DNA of 64,000 nt from Proteobacteria bacterium HN_bin10 (GCA_002083515.1 LWDN01000051.1:27561-91560); one strand, 5' to 3'; numbered from the stretch's first letter, positions 10,121 to 20,782 are shown. The notes: generated from the sequence alone by a model not told the origin. Made by a program: numbers and translations.

Positions 10121-12529
10121 GTGGCTGACGAGAACGACGATCCGAAACAGCCGGAGCACGCGCCTCCACCGGAACCCCCGCCGGAGGCGGGCCAGGATTC
10201 CGTTGGCCTGCCGCCTCAGGACCCAGCCGCCGACGATCTCTTCGAAGCAAGCTCTGACGATACGGCGGCGAGAGAGGATGTCGCGGATGCGCTCCTTGAG
10301 TCCGCTGATGCGGCCGCCGCCGTGGAACACGAGACGGAAATCTCCCCCGATGCTGGGGCAACCGAGCTTCCCCCACATTACTTCCGCGCCGCGGGCGATC
10401 CTGAGGAAGCGCAAGAGGAGCCGCCCGCTTCGCTAGTCGGCCGTCTGCGCGATCGAGTGGTCGGCACGGCCCAGGATTTCTGGCGCTATCTCGAGCCGCG
10501 CTGGGTGAAGTTCTACGGCGCCTCCCGCGCGTTCACAGGCGAGATGTGGCGGCGCGTTCGCGGCATCAAGCACCCGCGCAACGTCCGCGAAGCGGCAGTC
10601 TGGAGCGGCTGGGCCGCCGGCGGCCTTCTCGCCATCATCGTCGGCTTCTTCTTCTTCGTGACCTGGGGGATGCCCTCTACCGACGATCTCTGGGAGGCGC
10701 GCAACGGCCAGTCGATCACCTTCCTCGACCGCAACGGGCATGTGATCCTGCGCGAGGGCGCGCAGAACGCCCCGCCGGTGGATCTAACCACGCTGCCGCC
10801 CTACGTCGCACAGGCGTTCATCGCCATCGAAGATCGACGCTTCTACGAGCACTTCGGCGTGGATTTCGGCGGCATGATGCGCGCCGGCGCCGAGAACTTG
10901 CGCGCCGGCCGCGTGGTTCAGGGCGGTTCCACGATTACGCAGCAGCTGGCGAAGAACCTCTTCCTCACCAACGAGCGGTCGTGGCGGCGCAAGGCCCAAG
11001 AAATTGCCATGGCGATCTGGTTGGAGGGGCGCTTCAGCAAAGATGAAATCCTCGCGCTCTACCTGTCGCGCGTTTACTTCGGCGCCGGCGCATACGGCAT
11101 TGAAGCCGCGGCTGAGCGCTATTTCGACCGCCCCGCCCGCGAACTCACCTTGCTGCAGTCAGCCATGATCGCGGGGCTGGTGAAGGCGCCGTCGCGGCTC
11201 AATCCGGCGCGTCAGGATATCGCCGCCGCACGCGACCGCGCCACCGTTGTGCTGACGGAAATGGTCAACATGGGCTTTATCAGCGCCGCTGAACGTGATG
11301 CCGCATTGCGCGAAGAACTCACGATCAGCCGACGCAATCCGGCGGGCGTGCTTTCCTACTACCGCGATTGGATCGATCCGCTGCTGAACGACGTCATCGG
11401 TCAGCAGCGTGACGATTTCATCGTCGAGACCACGATCGACATCGCCGCGCAACGCGCCGCCGCCGAAGCCGTCGACGCCGTGCTCTCGGAGCAAGGAGAA
11501 GCGCGGCGCGTGAGCCAGGGCGCGATGATCGCCATGGACGACGAAGGCGGCGTGCGCGCACTGGTCGGCGGGCGTGACTACGACCTCAGCCAATTCAATC
11601 GCGCCACCCAGGCGCGGCGCCAGCCTGGTTCGTCGTTCAAGTACTTCATCTATTTGGCGGCTATGGAGAACGGCCTGACGCCCTGGAGCGTTCGCGAAGA
11701 TGCTCCAATCACGATCTACATCGACGGCCAAGAGCCATGGTCTCCAGGCAATTACACTGGCGAGTATCACGGCCCCACTGAACTGACGCGCGCCTTCGCG
11801 CTTTCCTACAATATGGTCGCGATCCGCGTCGCCAACGAAATCGGCGGACAAAATGTCATCGACGTAGCGCGCCGACTGGGCGTTCGCTCTCCGCTTAACA
11901 ATTATCACTCGCTGGCGCTTGGCGCGCAGGAGATCACGCTTCTTGAGATGACGCAGGCTTACGGCGCCATGGCGGCCGAAGGCTACGGCATCGAGGCTCA
12001 TGGCGTCGCGCGCATACGCCGCGCCAACTCGGATGAGACCATGTGGACGTTCCGACCACAGCGCAGGGATCGCGTGATCGAGGACCGTCCGATGCGGTAC
12101 ATGAATTATATGATGCGGCGCGTGGTCGACGCGGGCACCGGCACGGCCGCGCGCATGCCAGGCCGCCAGGTGGGCGGCAAGACAGGCACCGGGAACGATT
12201 ACCGAGACGCCTGGTTCATCGGATTTGTCCCCGGCATGGTCGCTGGCGTATGGGTCGGCAACGACAATTTCGCCGAGACTGCACGCGTCACGGGCGGAAC
12301 GCTTCCAGCGGAAATATGGGCTCGAGTGATGCCGACCGCGCTCCGAAACACGCCGGTGCGCGAACTCCAGATGCCGCGCCCCGAGGACTATGACACGGGC
12401 TTACCCGATCCCGCCACGCCGGAGCTTACCGCCGTCGGCGCCCCCATTGGCGCTGTTATCGGCGCCACGCAACCGCCGCCCCCGGCCGACGGCCAGGATC
12501 GGTCCTTAGACTTTGGACCCGAGGGCTAG
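10121..12529 (+). CDS. Class A (bifunctional) penicillin-binding protein, 1A family
   Basis: GT51 motifs EDRRFYEHFG, GGSTITQQLAKN, RKAQE; transpeptidase motifs SSFK, SYN, KTG; long acidic N-terminal tail. Confidence 0.93.
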   Translation: MADENDDPKQPEHAPPPEPPPEAGQDSVGLPPQDPAADDLFEASSDDTAAREDVADALLESADAAAAVEHETEISPDAGATELPPHYFRAAGDPEEAQEEPPASLVGRLRDRVVGTAQDFWRYLEPRWVKFYGASRAFTGEMWRRVRGIKHPRNVREAAVWSGWAAGGLLAIIVGFFFFVTWGMPSTDDLWEARNGQSITFLDRNGHVILREGAQNAPPVDLTTLPPYVAQAFIAIEDRRFYEHFGVDFGGMMRAGAENLRAGRVVQGGSTITQQLAKNLFLTNERSWRRKAQEIAMAIWLEGRFSKDEILALYLSRVYFGAGAYGIEAAAERYFDRPARELTLLQSAMIAGLVKAPSRLNPARQDIAAARDRATVVLTEMVNMGFISAAERDAALREELTISRRNPAGVLSYYRDWIDPLLNDVIGQQRDDFIVETTIDIAAQRAAAEAVDAVLSEQGEARRVSQGAMIAMDDEGGVRALVGGRDYDLSQFNRATQARRQPGSSFKYFIYLAAMENGLTPWSVREDAPITIYIDGQEPWSPGNYTGEYHGPTELTRAFALSYNMVAIRVANEIGGQNVIDVARRLGVRSPLNNYHSLALGAQEITLLEMTQAYGAMAAEGYGIEAHGVARIRRANSDETMWTFRPQRRDRVIEDRPMRYMNYMMRRVVDAGTGTAARMPGRQVGGKTGTGNDYRDAWFIGFVPGMVAGVWVGNDNFAETARVTGGTLPAEIWARVMPTALRNTPVRELQMPRPEDYDTGLPDPATPELTAVGAPIGAVIGATQPPPPADGQDRSLDFGPEG

Positions 12530-12629
12530 CCCGCTGAGTTTCTGCTGTTGGCTGGGCTGACAGCGAGCTTACACCCAGCTAATCCAACCCGTCATGGCGA
12601 CCGTAAGAACGGCGTTATGGGGGTTCTTC

Positions 12630-14693
12630 ATGCAACGCATATTGTTCGCAGCACTGGCGGTCGCCTTTGCGGTCGCCGCACCCGCATCAGCCCAGCAGCA
12701 AGTTCAGCGGGCGCCTCTGGATTGGTTCTTGGGATACGACCAGTTCCGCGGCGCCACCCTGTCCCCTGACGGGCGTCACCTGGCCGTGATCCGTCGCGAC
12801 GACGCCGGCGACACGCTTCTCGTCGTCAATCTTGAGACGCGCCGCGCGCAAGGCATCCAGCGCGCCCGCGCCGATCAAAGCCTCGAACTCAGCCAAGTCG
12901 GGTTCGCCAACAATTCTCGCATCATTTTCCGCTTGCTCCAGCGTAATCGCGTCGTCTCCGACACATCCTCCAGCGCGCGTCGCAACCGCCGCGTAGATGA
13001 CGGCTTTGAGACCAATTCGCGCATCTATGCCGTAAATCTGGACGGCTCGAACCTGATTCAACTGTATGATCCATCTGCGCTCGGCGTGGTTTATGTCGAC
13101 GCCGGCATCGTCAGCGACCTACCGCGCGACGAGGACCACGTTTTGTTGATTGTCCCGACCTTTGGCGGTGTCGAATTGCGCAAGGTGAATGTCAACACCG
13201 CCGAGGCGCAGCGCGTCGAGGACGGCACCATCTACACCTTCAACTTCGAAGTAGACATCAACGGCACGCCAGTCCTGCGCCAGGATAGCATCGCCGACGG
13301 CGAGGGCTTTGCCTGGCTGCGGCGCGGCCCGAACCAACGGCGCTGGACCGAGATCGCCCGCTATCGCGGCGCCGCGGCAGCCAATTCCGGCCCCGACTTC
13401 CAGCCGATCGGTGCCGCGCAACAGCCCGGCCAAGTATTTGTGCTGGCTCGTCGCGAAGGCAGCGACACCAGCGGCCTCTATGTCTATGACGCCGCCACCG
13501 GCCAATATGCAGAGACGATTGAGACCAACCCCTATTACGATATCACCGACGCCGAACTCGACACCGCCAACAACGTGCTGCAGGCGGCATGCTGGTGGGC
13601 GCAACGCTGGACCTGCGAACCCAAGGACACCGCTTTCGGCGCACGTTGGGCGGCGATCAACCAGGCCCTCGGAGATCAATTGAATGTCATGCTGGTCGAT
13701 CGCTCGGACGACGGCAATCTCTGGCTCATCTACACGTTCGGGCCGCAAGATCTCGGCACCTACTACATGTACAATCACGAGACGCGTGCACTGAACTCGA
13801 TCATCTCTCAGCGCAGCAACATAAACCCGCGCTTGCTGCCCACCCAGCACGTTGTTGAATACGCCACGTCCGACGGTCAGCGTCAGTGGGGCTACTTATG
13901 GCTGCCACCTGGTGTGAGCATGGCGCAGGCGCGCAACCTGCCAACCATCGTAGTGCCGCACGGCGGGCCTGAAGGACGCGACATTTGGGGCAGCGACCCC
14001 TTCGCACATTCCTTCTCGAGCCAGGGCTACGCAGTCTTCCAGCCAAACTTCCGCGGCGGCGGCGGCTTTGGTCGCGCCTTCGTAGTCGCGGGCCACGGCC
14101 AGTGGGGCGCGCGCATGCAGGAGGACGTCGCCGACGCAGCCCGTCACCTGATCCAGGCAGGCATCACCGATCCAAACCGTATCTGCATCAATGGTTGGTC
14201 GTATGGAGGCTATGTCGCAATGACCGCCTCGTTCATGAACGCCGACATCTTCAAGTGCTCGGTCGCGGGGGCCGGCGTTTCTGACCTGCGCGCGATGCTA
14301 CGCTGGGTGCGCTCGGGCGATCGCGGCGACGTGCAGGGCGGCGGCGGCGGCGGCGGCTCGCGCTCGGTATCTTACCAATACTGGACCGACGCCATGGGCA
14401 GCCGCGGCGAGGCCGATATCGATGCGGTCTCGGCGGCTCAAAACGCCGAACGCGTTGGCATGCCGCTTCTGCTGATCCACGGCGATGAAGACATCACTGT
14501 GCCGATCTCGCAAAGCGAGCTAATGCAGCGCGCGATGGAGCGCGCCGGCAAGCCAACCCGCCTGATAACGCTGCACGATATCGACCACTACGCCTCGCCC
14601 AATAATGGCGAGGCCTGGCGGACGGTGCTGAGCGAGGCGCTGGCCTTCTTCAACCAGCATATCGGCCCGGGCGTTCCGCCTGGTTCTCAATAG
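12630..14693 (+). CDS. S9 family (prolyl oligopeptidase-like) secreted peptidase
   Basis: Signal peptide; PHGGP, QPNFRG, GWSYGG nucleophile, HGDED..V, DH. Confidence 0.92.
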   Translation: MQRILFAALAVAFAVAAPASAQQQVQRAPLDWFLGYDQFRGATLSPDGRHLAVIRRDDAGDTLLVVNLETRRAQGIQRARADQSLELSQVGFANNSRIIFRLLQRNRVVSDTSSSARRNRRVDDGFETNSRIYAVNLDGSNLIQLYDPSALGVVYVDAGIVSDLPRDEDHVLLIVPTFGGVELRKVNVNTAEAQRVEDGTIYTFNFEVDINGTPVLRQDSIADGEGFAWLRRGPNQRRWTEIARYRGAAAANSGPDFQPIGAAQQPGQVFVLARREGSDTSGLYVYDAATGQYAETIETNPYYDITDAELDTANNVLQAACWWAQRWTCEPKDTAFGARWAAINQALGDQLNVMLVDRSDDGNLWLIYTFGPQDLGTYYMYNHETRALNSIISQRSNINPRLLPTQHVVEYATSDGQRQWGYLWLPPGVSMAQARNLPTIVVPHGGPEGRDIWGSDPFAHSFSSQGYAVFQPNFRGGGGFGRAFVVAGHGQWGARMQEDVADAARHLIQAGITDPNRICINGWSYGGYVAMTASFMNADIFKCSVAGAGVSDLRAMLRWVRSGDRGDVQGGGGGGGSRSVSYQYWTDAMGSRGEADIDAVSAAQNAERVGMPLLLIHGDEDITVPISQSELMQRAMERAGKPTRLITLHDIDHYASPNNGEAWRTVLSEALAFFNQHIGPGVPPGSQ

Positions 14694-14700
14694 GAACATT

Positions 14701-14734
14701 CGCTGCGGCTCGCCCAAGCGGACGAGCCGCAGCG
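14701..14734. terminator. Hairpin/terminator between convergent genes
   Basis: 12-bp perfect stem CGCTGCGGCTCG / CGAGCCGCAGCG. Confidence 0.6.
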
Positions 14735-14755
14735 CTTCTGATCAGCAGCGCCTGT

Positions 14756-15514
14756 TCAGCGCGCCATGCCAACGGCATGCAGGCGGCTGCCGTGACGGTG
14801 CAGCCAATCGCGTCCGGCATCGTAATCGGGCATGCACTTGCGCACGAGCGCCCAGAAACGCCGCGAGTGGTTCATCTCGCGCAAATGCGCCACCTCGTGC
14901 GCGGCGAGATAATCGAGCACGAACGGCGGCGCCATGATCACGCGCCACGAGAAGGACAGCGCGCCATCGGCGGAACACGATCCCCAGCGCGAACGGAGCT
15001 CCTTCACCTGAATTCGTTCCGGCCGCACGCCTAGAGTGACCGCATGGGTGGCAACGCGGTCGATAAGGTCAATTCGCGCCTGGTCCTTCAGAAACCGAAC
15101 CACGCGAGACTGAAATAACCCCGCGTCGGGCGCCGCCACCACGAGGCGCGGCAACAGATCTTCCTCGATCCGCGGCGCGGTTCGGCCCTGCCGGAAAACA
15201 AGTTCGTGCTCGATCCCTCTGAGCGGCACGAATGATCCGGGAGAAAGCGAGACGCCCCGCGGCAATCGCGCCAATTCCTCCGCGATCCAGCCTGCCCTTT
15301 CAGCGGCGAACCGCGCCGCATGCTCCAGGTGACGCTTAGTCGGCGCTGTGGCGACGGCTTCGCGCCGGGTCGGATCGATACGCACCGACACATGCCGGGC
15401 GCGCGGATTCACAATCAGTTTCACCGGCAATCGGCGACCGTCGATCGTTTCGATCTCGGTGTGACCGGGCTCGGCCTTCTGTCGCGAATCGAAGCGCATG
15501 CGCAAGAATCTCAT
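14756..15514 (-). CDS. YgjP/DUF45 (SprT/M48-like) zinc metallopeptidase
   Basis: SRWGSCS, DYLAAHEVAHLREMNHS..FW; start approximate. Confidence 0.9.
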   Translation of the reverse strand: MRFLRMRFDSRQKAEPGHTEIETIDGRRLPVKLIVNPRARHVSVRIDPTRREAVATAPTKRHLEHAARFAAERAGWIAEELARLPRGVSLSPGSFVPLRGIEHELVFRQGRTAPRIEEDLLPRLVVAAPDAGLFQSRVVRFLKDQARIDLIDRVATHAVTLGVRPERIQVKELRSRWGSCSADGALSFSWRVIMAPPFVLDYLAAHEVAHLREMNHSRRFWALVRKCMPDYDAGRDWLHRHGSRLHAVGMAR

Positions 15515-15637
15515 GTCAGGCAGGTTTCCGCGAGCCGGACCTGACGCAGATTGCACACGAGAAGTTAGGAAACACCAAGCCACACGCCCGCGTGACGGGT
15601 TAGTCGATGAGCCTGATGCAGAGGCCGGCGGGGACCC

Positions 15638-16933
15638 CTAGTCCGCGCCAACCACGCGCAACCTGTTGCGATGCGCTTTTCGCGATGCGTTCGACTGGAA
15701 CGCGCGCATGAAATCGCGCACACGCGGATAGATTTCGGTGCGGAAGCGGCGGCCCGAAAATACGCCGTAATGGCCGACGCCGGGCTGGATGTAGTCGCGG
15801 CGCATATGCTCGGGGATGTTGGCGCAAATGTCGTGCGCCGCTTGCGTTTGGCCAATGCCGGAAATGTCGTCGTTCTCGCCTTCGACCGTCAGCAGCGCCG
15901 TCTTGGTGATCGCGCTTGGATCGACCACGCGCCCGCGGTGCATCATCGTCCCGTTTGCCAAGCGATATTCCTGGAACACGTCGGTCAGCGTCTGGATGTA
16001 GAACTCTTCCGAGAGATCCATGACCGAGAGATACTCATCATAAAACTCCCGATGCTTCTCGGCGCTGTCGCCGTCGCCCTTCACGAGATTCTGAAAATAC
16101 GAGTGATGCGCATCGACATGGCGCGAGAGGTTCATGCCCATGAAGCTCGCGAGTTGCAGGAAGCCCGGGTAGACGCGCCTAAATACGCCCGGATAGAGCG
16201 CCGGCACGGTGTGGATCATGTTCTGCTTGAACCAGTCGAGATCGCGCTTCTCAGCCAGAAGGTTCGGCGCCGTGGGCGAACGGCGCGCATCGATCGGCGA
16301 GCCCATAATCGTCATCGTCGCCGGCGCGCACGGATCGTCTTCCTCAGCCATCAGCGAAACGGCGGCCAACACCGCCGGCCCGGGCTGACACACGGCCACG
16401 ACATGCGTCTGCGGTCCGAGCGCACGCACCATCTCCATGACGTAATCGATGTAGTCGTTGAGATCGAAGCGGCCAGCCAACACCGGCACCATGCGCGCAT
16501 CCGCCCAATCGCTGATGTAAACGTCATGCTCCGGAAGAAACGCCGACACCGTGTCCCGCAGCAGCGTCGCATAGTGTCCGGACATCGGCGCCACCAAAAG
16601 CACAGCCGGATCGACGCGCTCGCCGCGCGCTTCGCGGAGTTTTTCAGCGTCACGCTCAAAGTGAATGAGGCTGCACCACGGCTTCGACCAAACCCGCTCC
16701 GCCGCGACCGGAACCTCGACGCCGCCAATCTTCGTTGTGATCGCGCCCCAGCTTGGCTTGCGATAGCGCCGGGTCATCGACTCGAACAGATCGGCCGCCG
16801 CGGCGGCCGTACGTCCAACTTCAGTGTCCACCAGCGGATTGAGCGGCGAACGCATCACCGAAGACTGCATCAAGGCAGCGATCCGCAGGGGCGCCACCGA
16901 AAGGTGGCCGAGTTCATAGAGAGAATAGAGCAT
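15638..16933 (-). CDS. phaZ: Intracellular polyhydroxyalkanoate depolymerase
   Basis: APMSGHYATLLRDTV, AVCQP, VEGENDDISG, VGHYGVFSG. Confidence 0.95.
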   Translation of the reverse strand: MLYSLYELGHLSVAPLRIAALMQSSVMRSPLNPLVDTEVGRTAAAAADLFESMTRRYRKPSWGAITTKIGGVEVPVAAERVWSKPWCSLIHFERDAEKLREARGERVDPAVLLVAPMSGHYATLLRDTVSAFLPEHDVYISDWADARMVPVLAGRFDLNDYIDYVMEMVRALGPQTHVVAVCQPGPAVLAAVSLMAEEDDPCAPATMTIMGSPIDARRSPTAPNLLAEKRDLDWFKQNMIHTVPALYPGVFRRVYPGFLQLASFMGMNLSRHVDAHHSYFQNLVKGDGDSAEKHREFYDEYLSVMDLSEEFYIQTLTDVFQEYRLANGTMMHRGRVVDPSAITKTALLTVEGENDDISGIGQTQAAHDICANIPEHMRRDYIQPGVGHYGVFSGRRFRTEIYPRVRDFMRAFQSNASRKAHRNRLRVVGAD

Positions 16934-16943
16934 GCAGGCCCTC

Positions 16944-16958
16944 TGCTGCGGCGCAGCA
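16944..16958. promoter_or_regulatory. Putative PhaR operator
   Basis: Palindrome TGCTGCG-G-CGCAGCA (contains CTGC-N3-GCAG) 10 bp upstream of the phaZ start. Confidence 0.55.
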
Positions 16959-17093
16959 ATGTGCGCATCCCCACCTTGCCAACAAGCTAAGACGCCTCTT
17001 TGGGGCGAGCGGCCCCAACGGCGTCACCCCCGCTTGGACCAGACGAGCCGTAAAGGCGCCGCGCCCTGGCGCCAAGACCCCTATTTCACATAA

Positions 17094-17807
17094 TCAAGGG
17101 AGGTCGGTCCGCTCCAGCCCCGCGGCGATGCACGCCGCGATCTCGGCGGGCGGCGTGGGGGTCATCGGGCTACGCGGGTCCATCATGTCTGCCCGCCGCA
17201 TGGTCGGAATGATCGACACCGTTCGCCAATTGCCGTCGACAACGTAGAGCAAGGAGGAATGGTCCACGCTGTACGCGCCCTCCGCCGCGCCGGGCGCGGT
17301 AGTTCTGCCGTGGTGGACCTGGAACGCGCGTGCGACCGCGTCGACCTGCGCTCGCGTGCCGCTCAGCCCGGTCAATCCTTCCGGAAACCCCTCGGTGCTG
17401 GCGTATTCGCCCATGCGCTCGGGCGTATCGCGCTCGGGATCGACGGTAACGAGGACCGCCTGCACATCGTACGAGCCCGGCAAGGCCAGCGCTTCCGCGA
17501 GCGCGTACATGCTGCCGGGGCAAATGTCCGGGCAATGGGTGAACCCGAAATAGATGACGGCGGGCTCGCCGGCGAAGTCAGCCTGCGTCACGCGCGCGCC
17601 GTTGCTGTCCACCAGATCGATGGGACCGCCAACACCGTCTGCATTCTCCAGAATGCAATTCGATGGCGCCGTGGCCTGCTTTTCGCGCTGCGTCCGGTCG
17701 GCGCCAGCGAGCCACAGCGCTGCGGCCGCGGCCAGACCCGCGACCGCGAGAGCGGGCACGATTGCGCCGGTGAGGTTCCGGCGCGGCGTTTCAACGGGAT
17801 CAGCCAT
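17094..17807 (-). CDS. SCO1/SenC copper chaperone
   Basis: YFGFTHCPDICP, VDPERDT, YSVDHS; N-terminal TM. Confidence 0.92.
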   Translation of the reverse strand: MADPVETPRRNLTGAIVPALAVAGLAAAAALWLAGADRTQREKQATAPSNCILENADGVGGPIDLVDSNGARVTQADFAGEPAVIYFGFTHCPDICPGSMYALAEALALPGSYDVQAVLVTVDPERDTPERMGEYASTEGFPEGLTGLSGTRAQVDAVARAFQVHHGRTTAPGAAEGAYSVDHSSLLYVVDGNWRTVSIIPTMRRADMMDPRSPMTPTPPAEIAACIAAGLERTDLP

Positions 17808-17923
17808 CCTGCCCAGCTAGAGGGCCGGCCCGACCACGGATCAACGCGGCGCGAGCGCACAGGAGGCGCAATGCCGCAGCCGGCGCTTGAGCGCCACCGC
17901 AAATCCGCGCATGTGGCGCGTTC

Positions 17924-18694
17924 ATGTTGGGCCGTTCGCCTTGGATTGCGATCGCTTCCGTGGTTGGCGTGTTTGCCGCTGCCGCGCTCTTCTTCTTGCC
18001 GCGCCTTCACGACCGCGATCCGCCATGCAGCGTTCGGGAATTCGAAAGCTCGCGCTTCATCGTGTGCGCCTTCGACGCGCGCAGCCATGAGATGCGCCTG
18101 TACTCGCGTGACGCATCTGGAGCGTACCTTCGCGGTTTCGAGAGGCTGGAGCTGGCGCTTGGCGCCGACGCCCGCAACGTGCGCTTCGCGATGAACGCCG
18201 GCATGTTCAACGATGCTGGCGCACCCATCGGGCTTTATGTCGAGGATGGAGAGGAGCAAAAGTCCATCTCCCTCACCGACGGCCCCGGCAACTTTCATCT
18301 CAAACCCAACGGCGTGTTCTGGCAGGGCCATGATGGATCGCTGCACATCGAACCTTCGGAAGCGTATGCGTTGGCGCTTCGCGAACCGCGCTGGGCGACC
18401 CAATCCGGCCCGATGCTTGTGATCGACGGCGAAATGCACCCGCGCTTCGCCGAAGACGGCGCGTCGCGGTTCGTGCGCAATGGCGTCGGCGTGCGCGATG
18501 GGCAAACCGCTTATTTCGTGATCAGTTCCGGACTGGTCTCGTTCGGGCGCTTCGCCCGATTCTTCCGCGACGAGCTAAACTGCAGCGAAGCGCTCTTCCT
18601 CGACGGCGGAGTCTCCAGCTTGTGGGCGCCGTCCATCGGTCGCCGGGACGACAATCAGCAACTCGGTCCACTGGTTGTGGTTCTCGATCGCTAG
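17924..18694 (+). CDS. Phosphodiester glycosidase (YigE/DUF2233) family protein
   Basis: FAMNAGMF, GNFHLKPNGVF, ATQSGPMLV, RNGVG, ALFLDG. Confidence 0.88.
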   Translation: MLGRSPWIAIASVVGVFAAAALFFLPRLHDRDPPCSVREFESSRFIVCAFDARSHEMRLYSRDASGAYLRGFERLELALGADARNVRFAMNAGMFNDAGAPIGLYVEDGEEQKSISLTDGPGNFHLKPNGVFWQGHDGSLHIEPSEAYALALREPRWATQSGPMLVIDGEMHPRFAEDGASRFVRNGVGVRDGQTAYFVISSGLVSFGRFARFFRDELNCSEALFLDGGVSSLWAPSIGRRDDNQQLGPLVVVLDR

Positions 18695-18739
18695 AAATCG
18701 ACTTGAGCGGCGACGCCGCCGCGGCAATGAAGAGCGGGC

Positions 18740-20053
18740 ATGGCAGAGCCTCAGACTGTCCCCCAGCACGCTCCGCTTCCCAGTTTCTGGGGCGCGACCA
18801 GCCGCGTGCGCGTCCGCACCCTCATCCTGCTGCGCTGGCTGGCCATCTTCGGCCAAACCGTGGCGGTGCTGTTCGTGCGTTACGGGCTAGAAGTCGAATT
18901 CCCCATCGGCTGGGCAATGGCCGCCATCGGCGTTTCCGTTGGGCTCAATCTCGGCTTGATCGCGGCGCGCCGCTCGCAGGAACTTGCGCGCGAGTGGGAA
19001 GCCGCGGCGCAGCTGGCATACGACGCCGTGCAACTGGCTGTGCTGCTGGCGCTCACCGGCGGGCTGCAGAACCCCTTTGTGTTTCTGTTCGTAGCGCCGG
19101 TGGCGGTCAGCGCGACGGTGCTGCGTCCGGCCGTCACCGCGATGCTTGCCGCCCTGACCTTTGCCTGTGTCGGCGCCATTTCGGTGTGGCGCTTGCCGTT
19201 GCCGTGGCCCGATGGCGCAGCCTTCGTGATGCCGCCGCTCTATCAGATGGGCGTCGCAGCAGCCGTTCTGATCGGCCTTGGCTTCACCAGCGTCTATGCT
19301 TGGCGAGTGGCGGCCGAAGAAGAGCGGCTCAATATCGCGCTGGCGGCGGTGCAGGCGGTGCTTGCGCGCGAGCAGACCTTGTCCGCGCTTGGCGGGCTCG
19401 CGGCGGCGGCGGCGCATGAACTGGGGACGCCGCTCGCCACCATTCACTTGGTCGCCAAGGAAATGGCGCGCGACATGAAGCCCGACGATCCGCGCGCCGA
19501 GGACCTGCAATTGCTGGTCACGCAAAGCGAACGATGCCGCGCCATCCTGGGTCAACTCTCGGCAAACCGCGAACGCGGCGACGTCATGATCCAGCGGGCG
19601 CCGATCCGCGCGCTCCTCGAAGAAGTGGTCTCACCGCATGAGGGCCTCGGCGCGTCGATTGTCATCGACGCCAAGGGTACGGACGCACTCGAGGTGCGCC
19701 GCATGCCGGAGATTGTCCACGCCCTTGGCGGCATCGTCGAGAACGCCGTCGGATTTGCCCAGAGCCGCGTCGACATCGAAGCGCGCTGGGATGCCGAGCA
19801 CGTCGAGATCGCGATCCGCGACGACGGCCCTGGCTTCGCACCCGGCGTGCTCGGTCGACTCGGTGAGCCCTACCTAACCGAACGCGACGAGGAAGGCAGG
19901 GCCGGCGGACTGGGCCTCGGTTTCTTCATCTCCAAGACCCTGCTTGAGCGCACCGGCGCCAAGCTCGAGGTCCGCAATCGCCGCGCACCCCAGACCGGCG
20001 CGCTGGTCAAAGCCCGCTGGCCGCGCTCGGCAATCGAAGCGCCAGCGCTTTGA
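18740..20053 (+). CDS. regB: RegB/PrrB/ActS redox-sensing histidine kinase
   Basis: GGLQNPF quinone-binding motif, H-box AAAAHELGTPL, redox Cys in SERC, DDGPG, GGLGLG. Confidence 0.95.
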   Translation: MAEPQTVPQHAPLPSFWGATSRVRVRTLILLRWLAIFGQTVAVLFVRYGLEVEFPIGWAMAAIGVSVGLNLGLIAARRSQELAREWEAAAQLAYDAVQLAVLLALTGGLQNPFVFLFVAPVAVSATVLRPAVTAMLAALTFACVGAISVWRLPLPWPDGAAFVMPPLYQMGVAAAVLIGLGFTSVYAWRVAAEEERLNIALAAVQAVLAREQTLSALGGLAAAAAHELGTPLATIHLVAKEMARDMKPDDPRAEDLQLLVTQSERCRAILGQLSANRERGDVMIQRAPIRALLEEVVSPHEGLGASIVIDAKGTDALEVRRMPEIVHALGGIVENAVGFAQSRVDIEARWDAEHVEIAIRDDGPGFAPGVLGRLGEPYLTERDEEGRAGGLGLGFFISKTLLERTGAKLEVRNRRAPQTGALVKARWPRSAIEAPAL

Positions 20054-20103
20054 ATTCCCTTCGAAAGTCGCTACATAAACAGCGCGTGGAGTTACCGAGG
20101 CTG

Positions 20104-20652
20104 ATGACAAGTCCAACGCCCTTGGAGGGAGAAAAAACTCTCCTGATCCTTGATGACGACGCCGCCTTCCGCACCCGTTTGGCCCGCGCGCTGGAGCTGC
20201 GCGGCTTCGAGGTCACGGCCGTCGGCAGCGTCGCCGAGGCAAACGACGCCGCGTCCAAAGCCCCGCCTGCCTACGCGGTTCTGGATTTGCGCCTCGAGGA
20301 TGGCTCAGGCCTTTCGGTTGTTGAGGCCCTGAACAAGAGTCGTCCCGACGCCCGCATTGTCATGCTTACCGGCTACGGCGCCATCGCAACGGCAGTGGCC
20401 GCTGTGAAGGCGGGCGCGCTCGACTATCTCGCCAAGCCAGCCGATCCTGAGGACATCGTCAAGGCGCTGCTTGCCTCGCCCGACGAAAGGCCGGAGCCGC
20501 CGGACAACCCGATGTCGGCCGATCGTATCCGCTGGGAGCACATCCAGCGCGTCTACGAACTCTGCGGGCACAATGTCAGCGAGACCGCGCGGCGCCTCAA
20601 CATGCACCGCCGCACGCTGCAGCGGATCTTGGCAAAACGCGCGCCGCGCTGA
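20104..20652 (+). CDS. regA: RegA/PrrA/ActR response regulator
   Basis: Receiver domain plus PMSADRIRWEHIQRVYELCGHNVSETARRLNMHRRTLQRILAKRAPR. Confidence 0.97.
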   Translation: MTSPTPLEGEKTLLILDDDAAFRTRLARALELRGFEVTAVGSVAEANDAASKAPPAYAVLDLRLEDGSGLSVVEALNKSRPDARIVMLTGYGAIATAVAAVKAGALDYLAKPADPEDIVKALLASPDERPEPPDNPMSADRIRWEHIQRVYELCGHNVSETARRLNMHRRTLQRILAKRAPR

Positions 20653-20782
20653 CAGTCAGGTTATCCACAAGCGCAACGTGAAGGCTCGGCAAGGCGGCGC
20701 TCGCAATGGTTGGCGTGCTCGTTCCGATCCGATAACCAACTTGTCGGCGCATCGTCGCGCTCCAATGCGAGGGCAGGTCAAC

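Noticed and set aside
15671..16990. Long antisense ORFs (also 39623-41089, 48858-50105, 55504-56856, 60418-61830)
   Set aside because: Expected shadows of high-GC3 genes on the opposite strand; no recognisable motifs.
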